A stretch of DNA of 63,777 nucleotides, filler included, from Octopus bimaculoides (taxonomy: Eukaryota), in NCBI RefSeq assembly GCF_001194135.2. It is 11 parts of 9 records of this genome, joined end to end, with 100 filler letters (N's around TTAATTAATTAA, not from the genome) between each part and the next. Parts side by side here need not be neighbours in the genome. Positions count along the whole stretch, not along the records: positions 39,987 to 41,512 come from NC_068982.1; positions 41,613 to 46,041 come from NC_069004.1; positions 46,142 to 48,450 come from NW_026295768.1; positions 48,551 to 60,072 come from NC_068982.1; 7 more parts are not named here. The stretch is one strand, 5' to 3'. The notes beneath the pieces were generated by a model that was not told where the DNA came from, searched no databases, and saw only the letters and a list, made by a program, of their open reading frames with translations. Shown piece by piece: positions 41,271 to 52,454 of this stretch. The translations under genes were made by a program, and so were the position numbers. Within the stretch, counting starts at the first letter, position 1. Every line of letters begins with the position of its first letter.

Positions 41271-41463
41271 TCTCTATGGATATGAGATAATGTGCCTACA
41301 TATGCGTGTTATATTAAATACAAGATTAAATGATTTGCGTATTTATGAATGTGTGTGTCTTTATATGCTATGTATATTAATATGTGAATATATCACACAT
41401 ATATTCATACATGAATGTATATATTATATATATACATAAATATATAATGTATATCGATGTATG

Positions 41464-41512
<49 letters not shown>

Positions 41513-41612
41513 NNNNNNNNNNNNNNNNNNNNNNNNNNNNNNNNNNNNNNNNNNNNTTAATTAATTAANNNNNNNNNNNNNNNNNNNNNNNNNNNNNNNN
41601 NNNNNNNNNNNN

Positions 41613-41940
41613 ATATATCGTTTTTGCATTTGGTTTGCAAGATTCTTTACGTGAGCTCGTGTGCTGAAGCATATTTTGTTGTGTCTGGGGAGAGTCATTC
41701 GCTTTTAGTGCCTTACTATTTAACACACTCACCGGTAAAGTTTCCACTCATTCACATGCAATAGCCGTTGACTCTGTCCGTTACTAATTGACAGAGTCAA
41801 CAACTATTGAAAAGTTTGCAAGGCGCAAAGAAAATTTTAGGAAAAATGAATAAGTAAGTAAATGAGTGGAAACTTTACCGGTGAGTGCGTTAAATAATAA
41901 GGCACCAAAAGAGAATGACTTTCCTCAGACACAACAGTAT
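41613..41940. mobile_element. Palindromic foldback element family A, second copy, with an internal hairpin
   Basis: 41657-41750 is inverted at about 41850-41938; perfect 12-bp stem GTTGACTCTGTC/GACAGAGTCAAC at 41767-41801; ends in (TA)n. Confidence 0.8.
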
Positions 41941-42339
41941 ATATATATATATATATGTATATGCATACATACTGCTATAAATTACATGTATAAGAACGAA
42001 GAAGTAGACTTCAGCATCGTTGAAATACAGGATTAGATTTAATATGTAATACAAGCTTGAACCACTTACATTCAGAACTCGCAGATTCTCGGTAGCATCG
42101 GATGAAAGTTTATCTAATTTACTTCTGCCTTTCGTCATCTGCCAACGTGGCTGTTGCAAAAACAAAAAAATCACTGTCGGCGCAACTCAATACGATGTTA
42201 CCGGATGATTTAAGTGTTCAGGGGGAAAAACTCTTGTGAACTTAATTTTGAAATTTTTGACAAAAGGGATTTGGAAATATATATGTCGAGAAATATCAAA
42301 TTTGCATAATCTTTTATTGTTTAATTTTTTAATTTATTT

Positions 42340-42530
42340 GTTTCAGTCATTTGACTGCGGCTGTGCTGGAGCACCGCCTTTAGTCGAACAAATCGACTCC
42401 AGGACTTATTATTTGTAAGCTTAGTGCTTCTTCTATCGGTTTTTATTTGACGAACCACTAGATTACGGGGAACTAAACACACCAACATTGGTTGTCAAGC
42501 GATTGTGGGTGGACAAACACACACAAATAT
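42340..42530 (-). mobile_element. SINE family 2, 3' half
   Basis: CAGTCATTTGACTGCGGCTGTGCTGGAGCACCGCC.. family homology. Confidence 0.85.
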
Positions 42531-43128
42531 ATACATATATATATATATATATATANNNNNNNNNNNNNNNNNNNNNNNNNNNNNNNNNNNNNNNNNNNNN
42601 NNNNNNNNNNNNNNNNNNNNNNNNNNNNNNNNNNNNNNNNNNNNNNNNNNNNNNNNNNNNNNNNNNNNNNNNNNNNNNNNNNNNNNNNNNNNNNNNNNNN
42701 NNNNNNNNNNNNNNNNNNNNNNNNNNNNNNNNNNNNNNNNNNNNNNNNNNNNNNNNNNNNNNNNNNNNNNNNNNNNNNNNNNNNNNNNNNNNNNNNNNNN
42801 NNNNNNNNNNNNNNNNNNNNNNNNNNNNNNNNNNNNNNNNNNNNNNNNNNNNNNNNNNNNNNNNNNNNNNNNNNNNNNNNNNNNNNNNNNNNNNNNNNNN
42901 NNNNNNNNNNNNNNNNNNNNNNNNNNNNNNNNNNNNNNNNNNNNNNNNNNNNNNNNNNNNATGCATTTCATATTCTAGTTTCAATAAAATAAAAAAATTA
43001 AACCTTTCTTTTTTTTACTTTTTAATTTAACTGTTCTAATTTTTTAACCTTTTATTTTATTTTCAGTTTTTAACATTTAATTTCTTAAAATTTTGTCTTT
43101 TATTTTGTCATAAATATGCCAACGGGTA

Positions 43129-43335
43129 AATGTTGTCTATAGAATACAATGTAACAAATGCAACAAGTTCTATGTGGGTAGCACAACAAGACCGTTACAC
43201 GTCCGCATCAAAGAACATCTGAACACAAGAGCCTCCTCCTTCAGAAAACATCTAGGCAGATGCCGGAACACTGACAAAAGCATAACAGTCACGACTGAGG
43301 CCAATGAAAGAGATTTGGGTAATCTAAGAACGTAA
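43129..43335 (+). mobile_element. Penelope-like GIY-YIG endonuclease fragment
   Basis: 68 open codons, NVVYRIQCNKCNKFYVGSTTRPLHVRIKEHLNTRASSFRKHL...*, carrying the VVY-x2-CxxC-YVG-T-R-EH signature of PLE endonucleases. Confidence 0.8.
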
Positions 43336-43879
43336 TGTGTAGCTGTCTATTTGTATATATAATTCAGATTTACAGAACAACAAAAGACGAAGACAGGTGA
43401 GGGAACAACAAGCAGAGGTATTAGTTTGACTCATGAATTATATACATATACAGTCCAAACGGGGCCAAAATTAATACAGCGCTTAGAGTGCATATGCTCC
43501 AAATCAAAATTTCAACCATTTATAATATTTCATGTAGTAAACATATAATTATTTGTACAAATATAAATTTTAAAATATTTCCTTTATTCAAAGTAAAGAA
43601 ATAAAATGATTAACTGCGAAAGGCAAAGGGAAAATAACTTATAAGAATTTTAAATAAAGAACTAAACCTGAAATAGCACCGTTACTAGAATATATTCGTC
43701 TTTATGGATTACACCCAACACTGTGTTCAAGAGAAAATACACAGTGAAATTGTATATACACAAAACGAAAACTTCAATCCTGAAAAGTTCGTGTCATTCT
43801 GATTTTTTAAAAATATTTTTTTATATAAATTATATTTCATGAAAATTTTTCTTCAAATTTGATGGCATCAATAATTTTG

Positions 43880-44085
43880 TTCTCCCATCACCGCTTGACA
43901 ATCGGCGGTGGTGTAATTACGTACCCGTAACCTAGCGGTTCAGCAAAGAACACGATAAAATAAGTAGGAGGCCTCATAAAAATAAAAAAAAAGTACTGAG
44001 GACGATTCATTCGACCAACATTCTTTAAGGCAGTGCCCCAGCATGGCCGCAGTCAAATGACTGAAAGAAGTAAGAGACTAAACAT
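43880..44085 (+). mobile_element. SINE family 2, 3' half
   Basis: CGCTTGACAATCGGCGG..CAGCATGGCCGCAGTCAAATGACTGAA. Confidence 0.8.
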
Positions 44086-44644
44086 ATACATTGGTAACAA
44101 AATGTACAATGGATTTAAAAATGCAGCAAATATCTTCGAAGCCGTGACTATGAAGCGAACTTGAATAACATCCGAGGTAATTCTGTTTGCATGATCAGTA
44201 GATCCAAATATCGCTTTCCTTCACAACCTCATTACCATGTAGGTGACCGCTCAAAATTTACTCTAAAATAAAATACAGAAGGACAACATACATACATGCA
44301 AACACACACCCACACACACATATANNNNNNNNNNNNNNNNNNNNNNNNNNNNNNNNNNNNNNNNNNNNNNNNNNNNNNNNNNNNNNNNNNNNNNNNNNNN
44401 NNNNNNNNNNNNNNNNNNNNNNNNNNNNNNNNNNNNNNNNNNNNNNNNNNNNNNNNNNNNNNNNNNNNNNNNNNNNNNNNNNNNNNNNNNNNNNNNNNNN
44501 NNNNNNNNNNNNNNNNNNNNNNNNNNNNNNNNNNNNNNNNNNNNNNNNNNNNNNNNNNNNNNNNNNNNNNNNNNNNNNNNNNNNNNNNNNNNNNNNNNNN
44601 NNNNNNNNNNNNNNNNNNNNNNNNNNNNNNNNNNNNNNNNNNNN

Positions 44645-45390
44645 ATAATACCAGCATAACTTGGAGCAATGTCATTGTTGTTGACGACAACACCACCACT
44701 AGAAAATGATAAAGTTATACCGATAAGAAACAATAAGATAGTTATTAGAATGGTTTGGTCACATCTGAGGAATCCTATGACTATCAACAGACATCCTGAA
44801 GCAATCAGGGCAATGGTTTGGAATAAAACGCGAACACAACGAGTTGACATATATTTCTTTGAACGTATAAAATCAGCTAAGTTCCCACACAGGGGTAGTG
44901 CAATGATTTGTGCTACCGAAGGAGCAGATGACATTAAACCGTTGGAGGTTGCATTAACGTTTAAGGCTTCTTTCATATAAAGGGGTAGCAACACCTGGAA
45001 AGTCAAACTAGTCCAACTATGAGCAAATCGACCAACGCTAATGGCCCATACAGCAGGAGAAGAAATCAGTCGTCTCCAAGGTACTTTTTTCACCACCTTT
45101 TCACTTTTTATACTTCTGTTTAGATAAGAACGTTCTTTTTCGCTGATAGTTGGATGGAAATCTGGAGTATCATAAACAAAATAAAACCAAACACAACCAA
45201 ACACCAACGATATTCCACCAAATATATAGAATATAGAACCCCATCCATTGCCAAATCCATAAACACAAAGATAACCTGATGTTGAAAGACCTACAATATT
45301 GCCTAAATTTAGACCAGAAAATGTAAGCCCAACCAACGAACCAATTTCTTGCGGAGGCGCCCAACGTCCATATAAAGAATGAATTCCTGG
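44645..45390 (-). CDS. SLC17A5: SLC17/sialin-like MFS anion transporter, central part (uninterrupted, partial at both ends)
   Basis: Reads PGIHSLYGRWAPPQEIGSLVGLTFSGLNLGNIVGL..GWGSIFYIFG..WFYFVYDTPDFHPTISEKERSY..VPWRRLISSPAVWAI..LLPLYMKEAL..DIAPSYAGI, the SLC17 signature blocks. Family-level call; orthology not established. Confidence 0.9.
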
Positions 45391-45618
45391 GTNNNNNNNN
45401 NNTTCACAACCTCATTACCATGTAGGTGACCGCTCAAAATTTACTCTAAAATAAAATACAGAAGGACAACATACATACATGCAAACACACACCCACACAC
45501 ACATATATGCATACATACATACATACATACATACATTACGGAATCACAGAAATATAGATAACTATGCATTTTTGGTGATAATGTTGTGTTTGGTCTTGCT
45601 AAAATTTCAGTAAACTAG

Positions 45619-46041
45619 TTAAGCCGATATATTTGTGTTCATGTCGTTGAGGGGAACAGATACCCGAGAGTCTTCCGAAATCGCCCAATCTTGAATTTCT
45701 CCTCTTGCCAATATTGCATATAATATTGTACCAACTACACATATAGCAGCGCATAAGGCAAACACGATCTGCCATTCTTCTTGTGTACCGTTTGGGGTTA
45801 AAGCTTTGGCAGTTAAGGGAGAAATACTTCCCGACGTCGCTGCGATTGTATTTGCAATTCCAAATATAATACCAGCATAACTTGGAGCAATGTCATTGTT
45901 GTTGACGACAACACCACCACTAGAAAATGATAAAGTTATACCGATAAGAAACAATAAGATAGTTATTAGAATGGTTTGGTCACATCTGAGGAATCCTATG
46001 ACTATCAACAGACATCCTGAAGCAATCAGGGCAATGGTTTG
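45619..46041 (-). CDS. SLC17A5: SLC17/sialin-like transporter C-terminus with stop codon (overlapping contig of the same gene)
   Basis: ..NDIAPSYAGIIFGIANTIAATSGSISP..EEWQIVF..GEIQDWA..NISA*. 45866-46041 is identical to 44645-44820. Confidence 0.88.
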   Translation of the reverse strand, partial: QTIALIASGCLLIVIGFLRCDQTILITILLFLIGITLSFSSGGVVVNNNDIAPSYAGIIFGIANTIAATSGSISPLTAKALTPNGTQEEWQIVFALCAAICVVGTILYAILARGEIQDWAISEDSRVSVPLNDMNTNISA

Positions 46042-46141
46042 NNNNNNNNNNNNNNNNNNNNNNNNNNNNNNNNNNNNNNNNNNNNTTAATTAATTAANNN
46101 NNNNNNNNNNNNNNNNNNNNNNNNNNNNNNNNNNNNNNNNN

Positions 46142-48450
46142 CGTAAGCACGATCGAGCGAACGTACGTACGTACCTACGAACGTACGATCTGACGAACGA
46201 AAGTACGTACGAATGCACAAAAGAACGAACAAACGATCGAAGGTACGTATGTACGTACAAACGAACGAACGTATATACGTACGTACGTATGTACGAACGA
46301 AAGAACGAACGTATGTACATACGTACGTACGAATGACCGAACGAACGAACGACCGAACGTACGTTCGAACGAAAGAACGAACGAACGAAAGTACGAACGT
46401 ACGTACTTACGAACGTACGTACTTCCGAACGAAGGAAATAACGAACGAACATACGTATGTACGAAGGAATGAACGAACGTACATACGAACGAACGATCGT
46501 ATGTACGTTTGAACGAACGAACGTACGTACGAACGTACGTACGAACGAACGTAGGTACGTACGTACGTATTACGAAAGAACGTACGTACGTACGAACGAA
46601 CGGACGAATGAATGAACGAAGGAACGTTCGTAGGAATGAAATAACGAACGACCGAACGGACGGATGGACGAACGTACGTATGAACGAAAGAACGAACGTA
46701 TCTACGTAAGCACGATCGAGCGAACGTACGAACGTACGATCTAACGAACGAAAGTACGTACGAATGCACAAAAGAACGAACAAACGAACGAAGGTACGTA
46801 TGTACGTACAAACGAACGAACGTATATACGTACGTACGTATGTACGATGGAATGAACAAACGTACATACGAACGAACTTTCGTACGTACGTATGAACGAA
46901 CGAACGATTGAACGAACGAACGTACGTACGAACGATCGTAGGTACGTACATACGTATTACGAAAGAACGGACGGACGGTACGTACGAGCTAATGATCGAA
47001 CTTACAAACATACGTTCGTACGAACGAACGTAGGAAACGAACGAACGAATGAACAAACGAACGAAGAAACGAACGTACATAAGTACGAACGAAAGAACGA
47101 ACGATCGAACGAACGAACGAACGAATCTACGTACGTACGTTTGGACGAACGAAAGCATCTACATACGTCCGTACGTACAAAAGAACGAGCGGATGAACGT
47201 AACTACGTATGTATGAACGAACGATAGTACGTACGTACAAACGAACGAACGAACGAACGAACGAAATGAAGGAACGAGTGAACGTACGAACGTACGTAAT
47301 TCTGAACGAGGGTACGAACGAACTAACGAATAAACTTACGTACGTACGAACGAACGAAAGAACGTACCTACGTTATTACGTATGTACGATCGAACGAACG
47401 AACGAACGTACGTACGAATGAAAGAACCCACGAACGAACAAAAGAACGACCGAACGAAAAAACAAACGTACGTACGTCCTTACGAACGAAGGAACGAACG
47501 AACGAACGCGGAAACGAATAAACGAATAAACGAACGAAAGCATTTACATACCTCCGTACGTACGAACGAACGNNNNNNNNNNNNNNNNNNNNNNNNNAGA
47601 AACGAACGTACATAAGTACGAACGAAAGAACGAACGATCGAACGAACGAACGAACGAATCTACGTACGTACGTTTGGACGAACGAAAGCATCTACATACG
47701 TCCGTACGTACAAAAGAACGAGCGGATGAACGTAACTACGTATGTATGAACGAACGATAGTACGTACGTACAAACGAACGAACGAACGAACGAACGAAAT
47801 GAAGGAACGAGTGAACGTACGAACGTACGTAATTCTGAACGAGGGTACGAACGAACTAACGAATAAACTTACGTACGTACGAACGAACGAAAGAACGTAC
47901 CTACGTTATTACGTATGTACGATCGAACGAACGAACGAACGTACGTACGAATGAAAGAACCCACGAACGAACAAAAGAACGACCGAACGAAAAAACAAAC
48001 GTACGTACGTCCTTACGAACGAAGGAACGAACGAACGAACGCGGAAACGAATAAACGAATAAACGAACGAAAGCATTTACATACCTCCGTACGTACGAAC
48101 GAACGAAGGAGCGAATGTACGTACTTACGTATGTACGAACGAACGTACGTACGAACGAACACACGTATGAACGGACTATCGAATGAACTTACGTACATAC
48201 GTACGTACGTACGAACGAACGAAATATCGTACGTATGTAATTACCTTTGTACGATCGAACGTACGAACGAACGTACGTACGAAAGAGCGATCGGACGAAC
48301 GAACGCAAGAACGAACGTAGGAACGTACGTTCGTACGAATGCAATAACAAACGAGCGGACGGATGGACGAACGAACGAACGTACGTATGAAAGAAAGAAG
48401 CCACGAACGAACAAAAGAACGACCGAACGAAAAAACAAACGTACGTACGT
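46142..48450. repeat. Complex (ACGA/ACGT)n satellite with about 530-560-bp higher-order repeats
   Basis: The entire scaffold is ACGA/ACGT/ACGG tetramers. CGTAAGCACGATCGAGCG recurs at 46142 and about 46705; AGAAACGAACGTACATAAG recurs at about 47065 and 47598. Confidence 0.92.
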
Positions 48451-48574
48451 NNNNNNNNNNNNNNNNNNNNNNNNNNNNNNNNNNNNNNNNNNNNTTAATT
48501 AATTAANNNNNNNNNNNNNNNNNNNNNNNNNNNNNNNNNNNNNNNNNNNNCATTGTTTTAGCATTTTTTCAGGT

Positions 48575-49030
48575 GCCATCATGCTGCATAAAGAAGTGCT
48601 GAGTTTTAATTGTGGAGGGTACCTGTGGAAGGGGTAGACTCTGGAAGGAATGGGATGAAGTGGTGAGAAAGGATATTTAGATGTTGGGCCTCACTGAAGA
48701 AATGATGGGGGATTGGGAGATATGGCGATTTGCTGTACTTGATAAGATGCATCAAGCTAAGTGAAACCGGTGTTTTCCACACATACAGGCTTGTTCTCTT
48801 AGGCGCTGGTGCCACATAAAAAGCACCCATGCTGGTGCTGTGTAAACGCAACCATGCAAAAAGGAAAGAGCACACTCTGTTAAGTGGTTGGCATTAGGAA
48901 GGGCATCCAGCCCTAGAAACCATGCCACAACAGGCAATTGGAGCCTGGACAGCTCCCAGCTGGCCAGTTCTATGTCAAACCAGACCAAGCCAGATTGGAA
49001 AGCAGACATGAAATGATGATGATGCTGATG
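48575..49030 (+). mobile_element. RTE LINE 3' end (degenerate) with (GAT)n tail
   Basis: Homologous to 63050-63742 (GTCGRGR..W.EVV..D ORF end, GGAAGGGCATCCAG UTR). Confidence 0.75.
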
Positions 49031-49117
49031 ATATTTCAGTATTTTAATTTTTTAATTTTTCTTTTTTTTTAATTTATAAAATTTTTTGAAGGATAAATGA
49101 ATTCCTTTTCTTTTTAG

Positions 49118-49211
49118 TTGGTTGCTGATAAAAATATAGATGGGAAAACCTGTCTTCATGCTGCAGTTGATGGAGGATTTGCAGAAGTGGCAAAAATATG
49201 TTTAATGAGAG
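49118..49211 (+). CDS. Ankyrin gene exon a
   Basis: TTTTAG|[32 protein letters not shown]|GTAAAT. Confidence 0.85.
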
Positions 49212-50959
49212 GTAAATAATCAAATTCTTTTACCAACATGTATCTTACTTATATTTACCACTAAAAAAATGACAATTTTGTTATGTAATATTCTGGTGTT
49301 GGTTTGTTTATGTTCTCATAACTTAACAGTTTGGCAATAGAGACCAACAATAAATGTCAGGCTTTAAAAAACCCCAAAATAAATGGGTATTGGGGTTGAT
49401 TTGTTCTGCTAAAGCCTTTAAGAAAATGGTGTCCCATGACTGAAAGGTAAAAGAGTAATCTTTTCTGCTTTGCTTTGGATATCCTGCCATTATTTTCTTC
49501 TTTTTAATTGATTTTAGGTGCAGATGTAAATGGTGTTGAATCAGACCGTTCCATGCCTCTCCATCGAGCTGCAATGTCTGGAAATATGGAATGTGTGAAA
49601 CTGCTGGTTGATAACAGTGCTAGAATTGATGCCTATGATGAGGAGCAATCCACACCACTACATAAAGCTGCATTATATAATCATTATAATGTAGTTGACT
49701 ACCTCATAAAATGGTGAGACTACAGATTAGTCTTATATTTGGTGTTAACCGTTTTGTTATAATATTTCTGTTAGAATTTGTTTCAGTTACTTTTTTTTTT
49801 AAAAGGAAGTATTTTATAAAATAACTCAGTCATTATTAGACTAGCGTTTGGAACATTTATTAACATGAAGTTTTAATTGAAGGTTATAATTTAGATCACT
49901 TTAAAACAAGAAGTTCATATCATACTAGCAACAGTAATCTTGGGTGGGTTGATATCAAAAGTTAATATGTCCAATGTGGCGCAGGAGTGGCTGTGTGGTA
50001 AGTAGCTTGCTTACCAACCACATGGTTCTGAGTTCATTCCCACTGCGTGACACCTTCTACTATAGCCTCGGGTCGACCAAAGCCTTGTGAGTGGATTTGA
50101 TAGACAGAAACTGAAAGAAGCCCGTTGTATATATGTATATATATGTATGTGTGTGTATATGTTTGTGTGTCTGTGTTTGTCTCCCCAACATCGCTTGACA
50201 ACCGATGCTGGTGTGTTTACGTCCCCGTAACTTAGCGGTTCGGCAAAAGAGACCGATAGAATAAGTACTAGGCTTACAAAGAATAAGTCCTGGGGTCGAT
50301 TTGCTCGACTAAATGTGGTGCTCCAGCATGGCCACAGTCAAATGAGTGAAACGAGTAAAGAGTAAAGAGTAAGAGTATCATACACGCAACAGTAATCTTG
50401 GGTGGGTTGATATCAAAAGTTAATATGTCCAATGTGTTCAAAGCTGTAATGAAGATGCAGATTCTGTTTCCCATGCCATTATCTGTGAAGGTGCCTAGAG
50501 ATTCAGGTGTTGAAGCTCTTGATTGTTAGACAGTAGGTTCAGTTCATGGATTGGACAACAGGTTGTATCCTTGAACAAGGCAATTCATTTCAAGTTGTAT
50601 TAGTACATTTAGCTGAAAATGAGTATCAATACAAACTGGGACTAACCCTGCAATAAAGTGATGTCTTGTTCTGTGAGGAGTCATCTACTCTCAGCCTAAA
50701 TGCATTAAAAATCCAAATTAGTACCAATTTCATGAACTCTGGGCCCTTTAGCCACGTTGTAACTTCTATCAATCATCATCATTGTTTTAGCATTTTTTCC
50801 ATGCTCGCATGGGTTAAGTGGAATTGATTGAGGTAGATTTTGTATGGCCAGATGCCCTTTCTGTTTCCAGCTTTTACCTGTTCCCAAGTACATACACACA
50901 CACACACATGCACACATACACACGCACACACACACACGCACACACACACACACACACAG

Positions 50960-50990
<31 letters not shown>

Positions 50991-52407
50991 CAAACTTTGT
51001 TCCTATTCTATTACATATTATTTAGAACAAAAAGCAAAAAATCATAAATTTCCCATATACTTCATATTTTAATTATTCCCTACAGCTATCTCAATAGCAT
51101 AAAGCATAATTATTTATATAATTATGAAATTGAAATACATAATTAATACATAATTATTTATATAATTATGAAATTAAAATAGAGGCTCCTATCTCTGCTG
51201 GCAACAAAGGGCCTCACCCTCAGAGTAAAAGGCTGATTGTATGATGCCTGTATGTGAACAGCTGTGTTACATGGCAGTGAAACATGGGCTGTGACAGCTG
51301 AGGACATGCACAGGCTTGAAAGAAATGAAGCTGGTATGCTTTGCTGGATGTGCATGTATGACAGAATGTAAGCACCTCAAGAGAAGGGAGGCATCAGATG
51401 TGTGCAAGAGAGACAACTGCACTGGTATGGTCATGTGATGCATATGTGATGCTGATATCAAACTGTAGAGGGAACCTGTGGTTGTGGTAGACCCAGGAAG
51501 GCATGGGACGAGGTGGTGAAGCATGATCTTTAAACTTTGGGCTTTGTGGACGTGATGACTAGTGACCGAAACCTTTGGCGATATGCTGTGCTTGAGAAAA
51601 CCTGTCAAGCCAAGTGAAATTACAGTCATTGCTGATGCTGGTGTCATGTAACTGGCACCCATGCTGGGGGCATGGGAAAAGCACCTTTCGAGTGTTGGGC
51701 CTCATGGAAGCAATGACAAATGACCGGGACCTATGGAACTCTCTCCCTGTCTATATTTTTCCTGCAACAGCAATTTGCAGCTGTTCAAGAAGAACATCAA
51801 TCACAGTGACCTCACCTGTCTTGATGAATCTATGGGAGTCATAGGTACTCCCTTTGGACCAAATCATGCACACACACAAAAAAAGAAAGAAAGGAAAGAA
51901 AAGAAAAAATACATCAAGAGAGTATACTCTTTTTACTCTTTTACTTGTTTTCAGTCATTTGACTGTAGCCATGCTGGAGCACCACCTTTAGTCGAGCAAA
52001 TCGACCCCAGAACTTATTCTTTGGAAGCCTAGTACTTATTCTATTGGTCTCTTTTGCCGAACCACTAAGTTACGAGGATGTAAACACACCAGCATCGGTT
52101 GTCAAGCAAAGTTGTGGGGAGACAAACACACACACGCATACATACATACATATCTCTGTGTAGTGGGTTGATCCACTACTCAGGAAGAGCCTATTCTAGA
52201 GTACGTTCTGTCTTATCTTCGAAACGTCAGGTTAGAATAGAGGCAGCTGATGAAGGAATATTCCAAGTGGCTTTCCGTTTTCCTGTGTTCGTTCCGTTGT
52301 CTGTAGTTCATTGTTCTAACGTCCTGTACCCTGATATGCATATATATATACACATGTAGATGTAAGTATGTACATATATGTGTGTATACATGTATATATA
52401 TTCTTTG

Positions 52408-52454
<47 letters not shown>

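Noticed and set aside
44220-46041. Apparent tandem duplication of the sialin gene
   Set aside because: 44220-44324 matches 45403-45507 and 44645-44820 matches 45866-46041 with no differences seen. The second contig spans the N gap of the first and follows a token 10-N gap, so a misplaced overlapping contig is the simpler explanation.
46090-48502. Long RSFV/YVRT/NERT-repeat ORFs (up to 327 aa); CRISPR-like periodicity
   Set aside because: Tetranucleotide satellite that happens to lack stops; no repeat-spacer structure and no cas genes.
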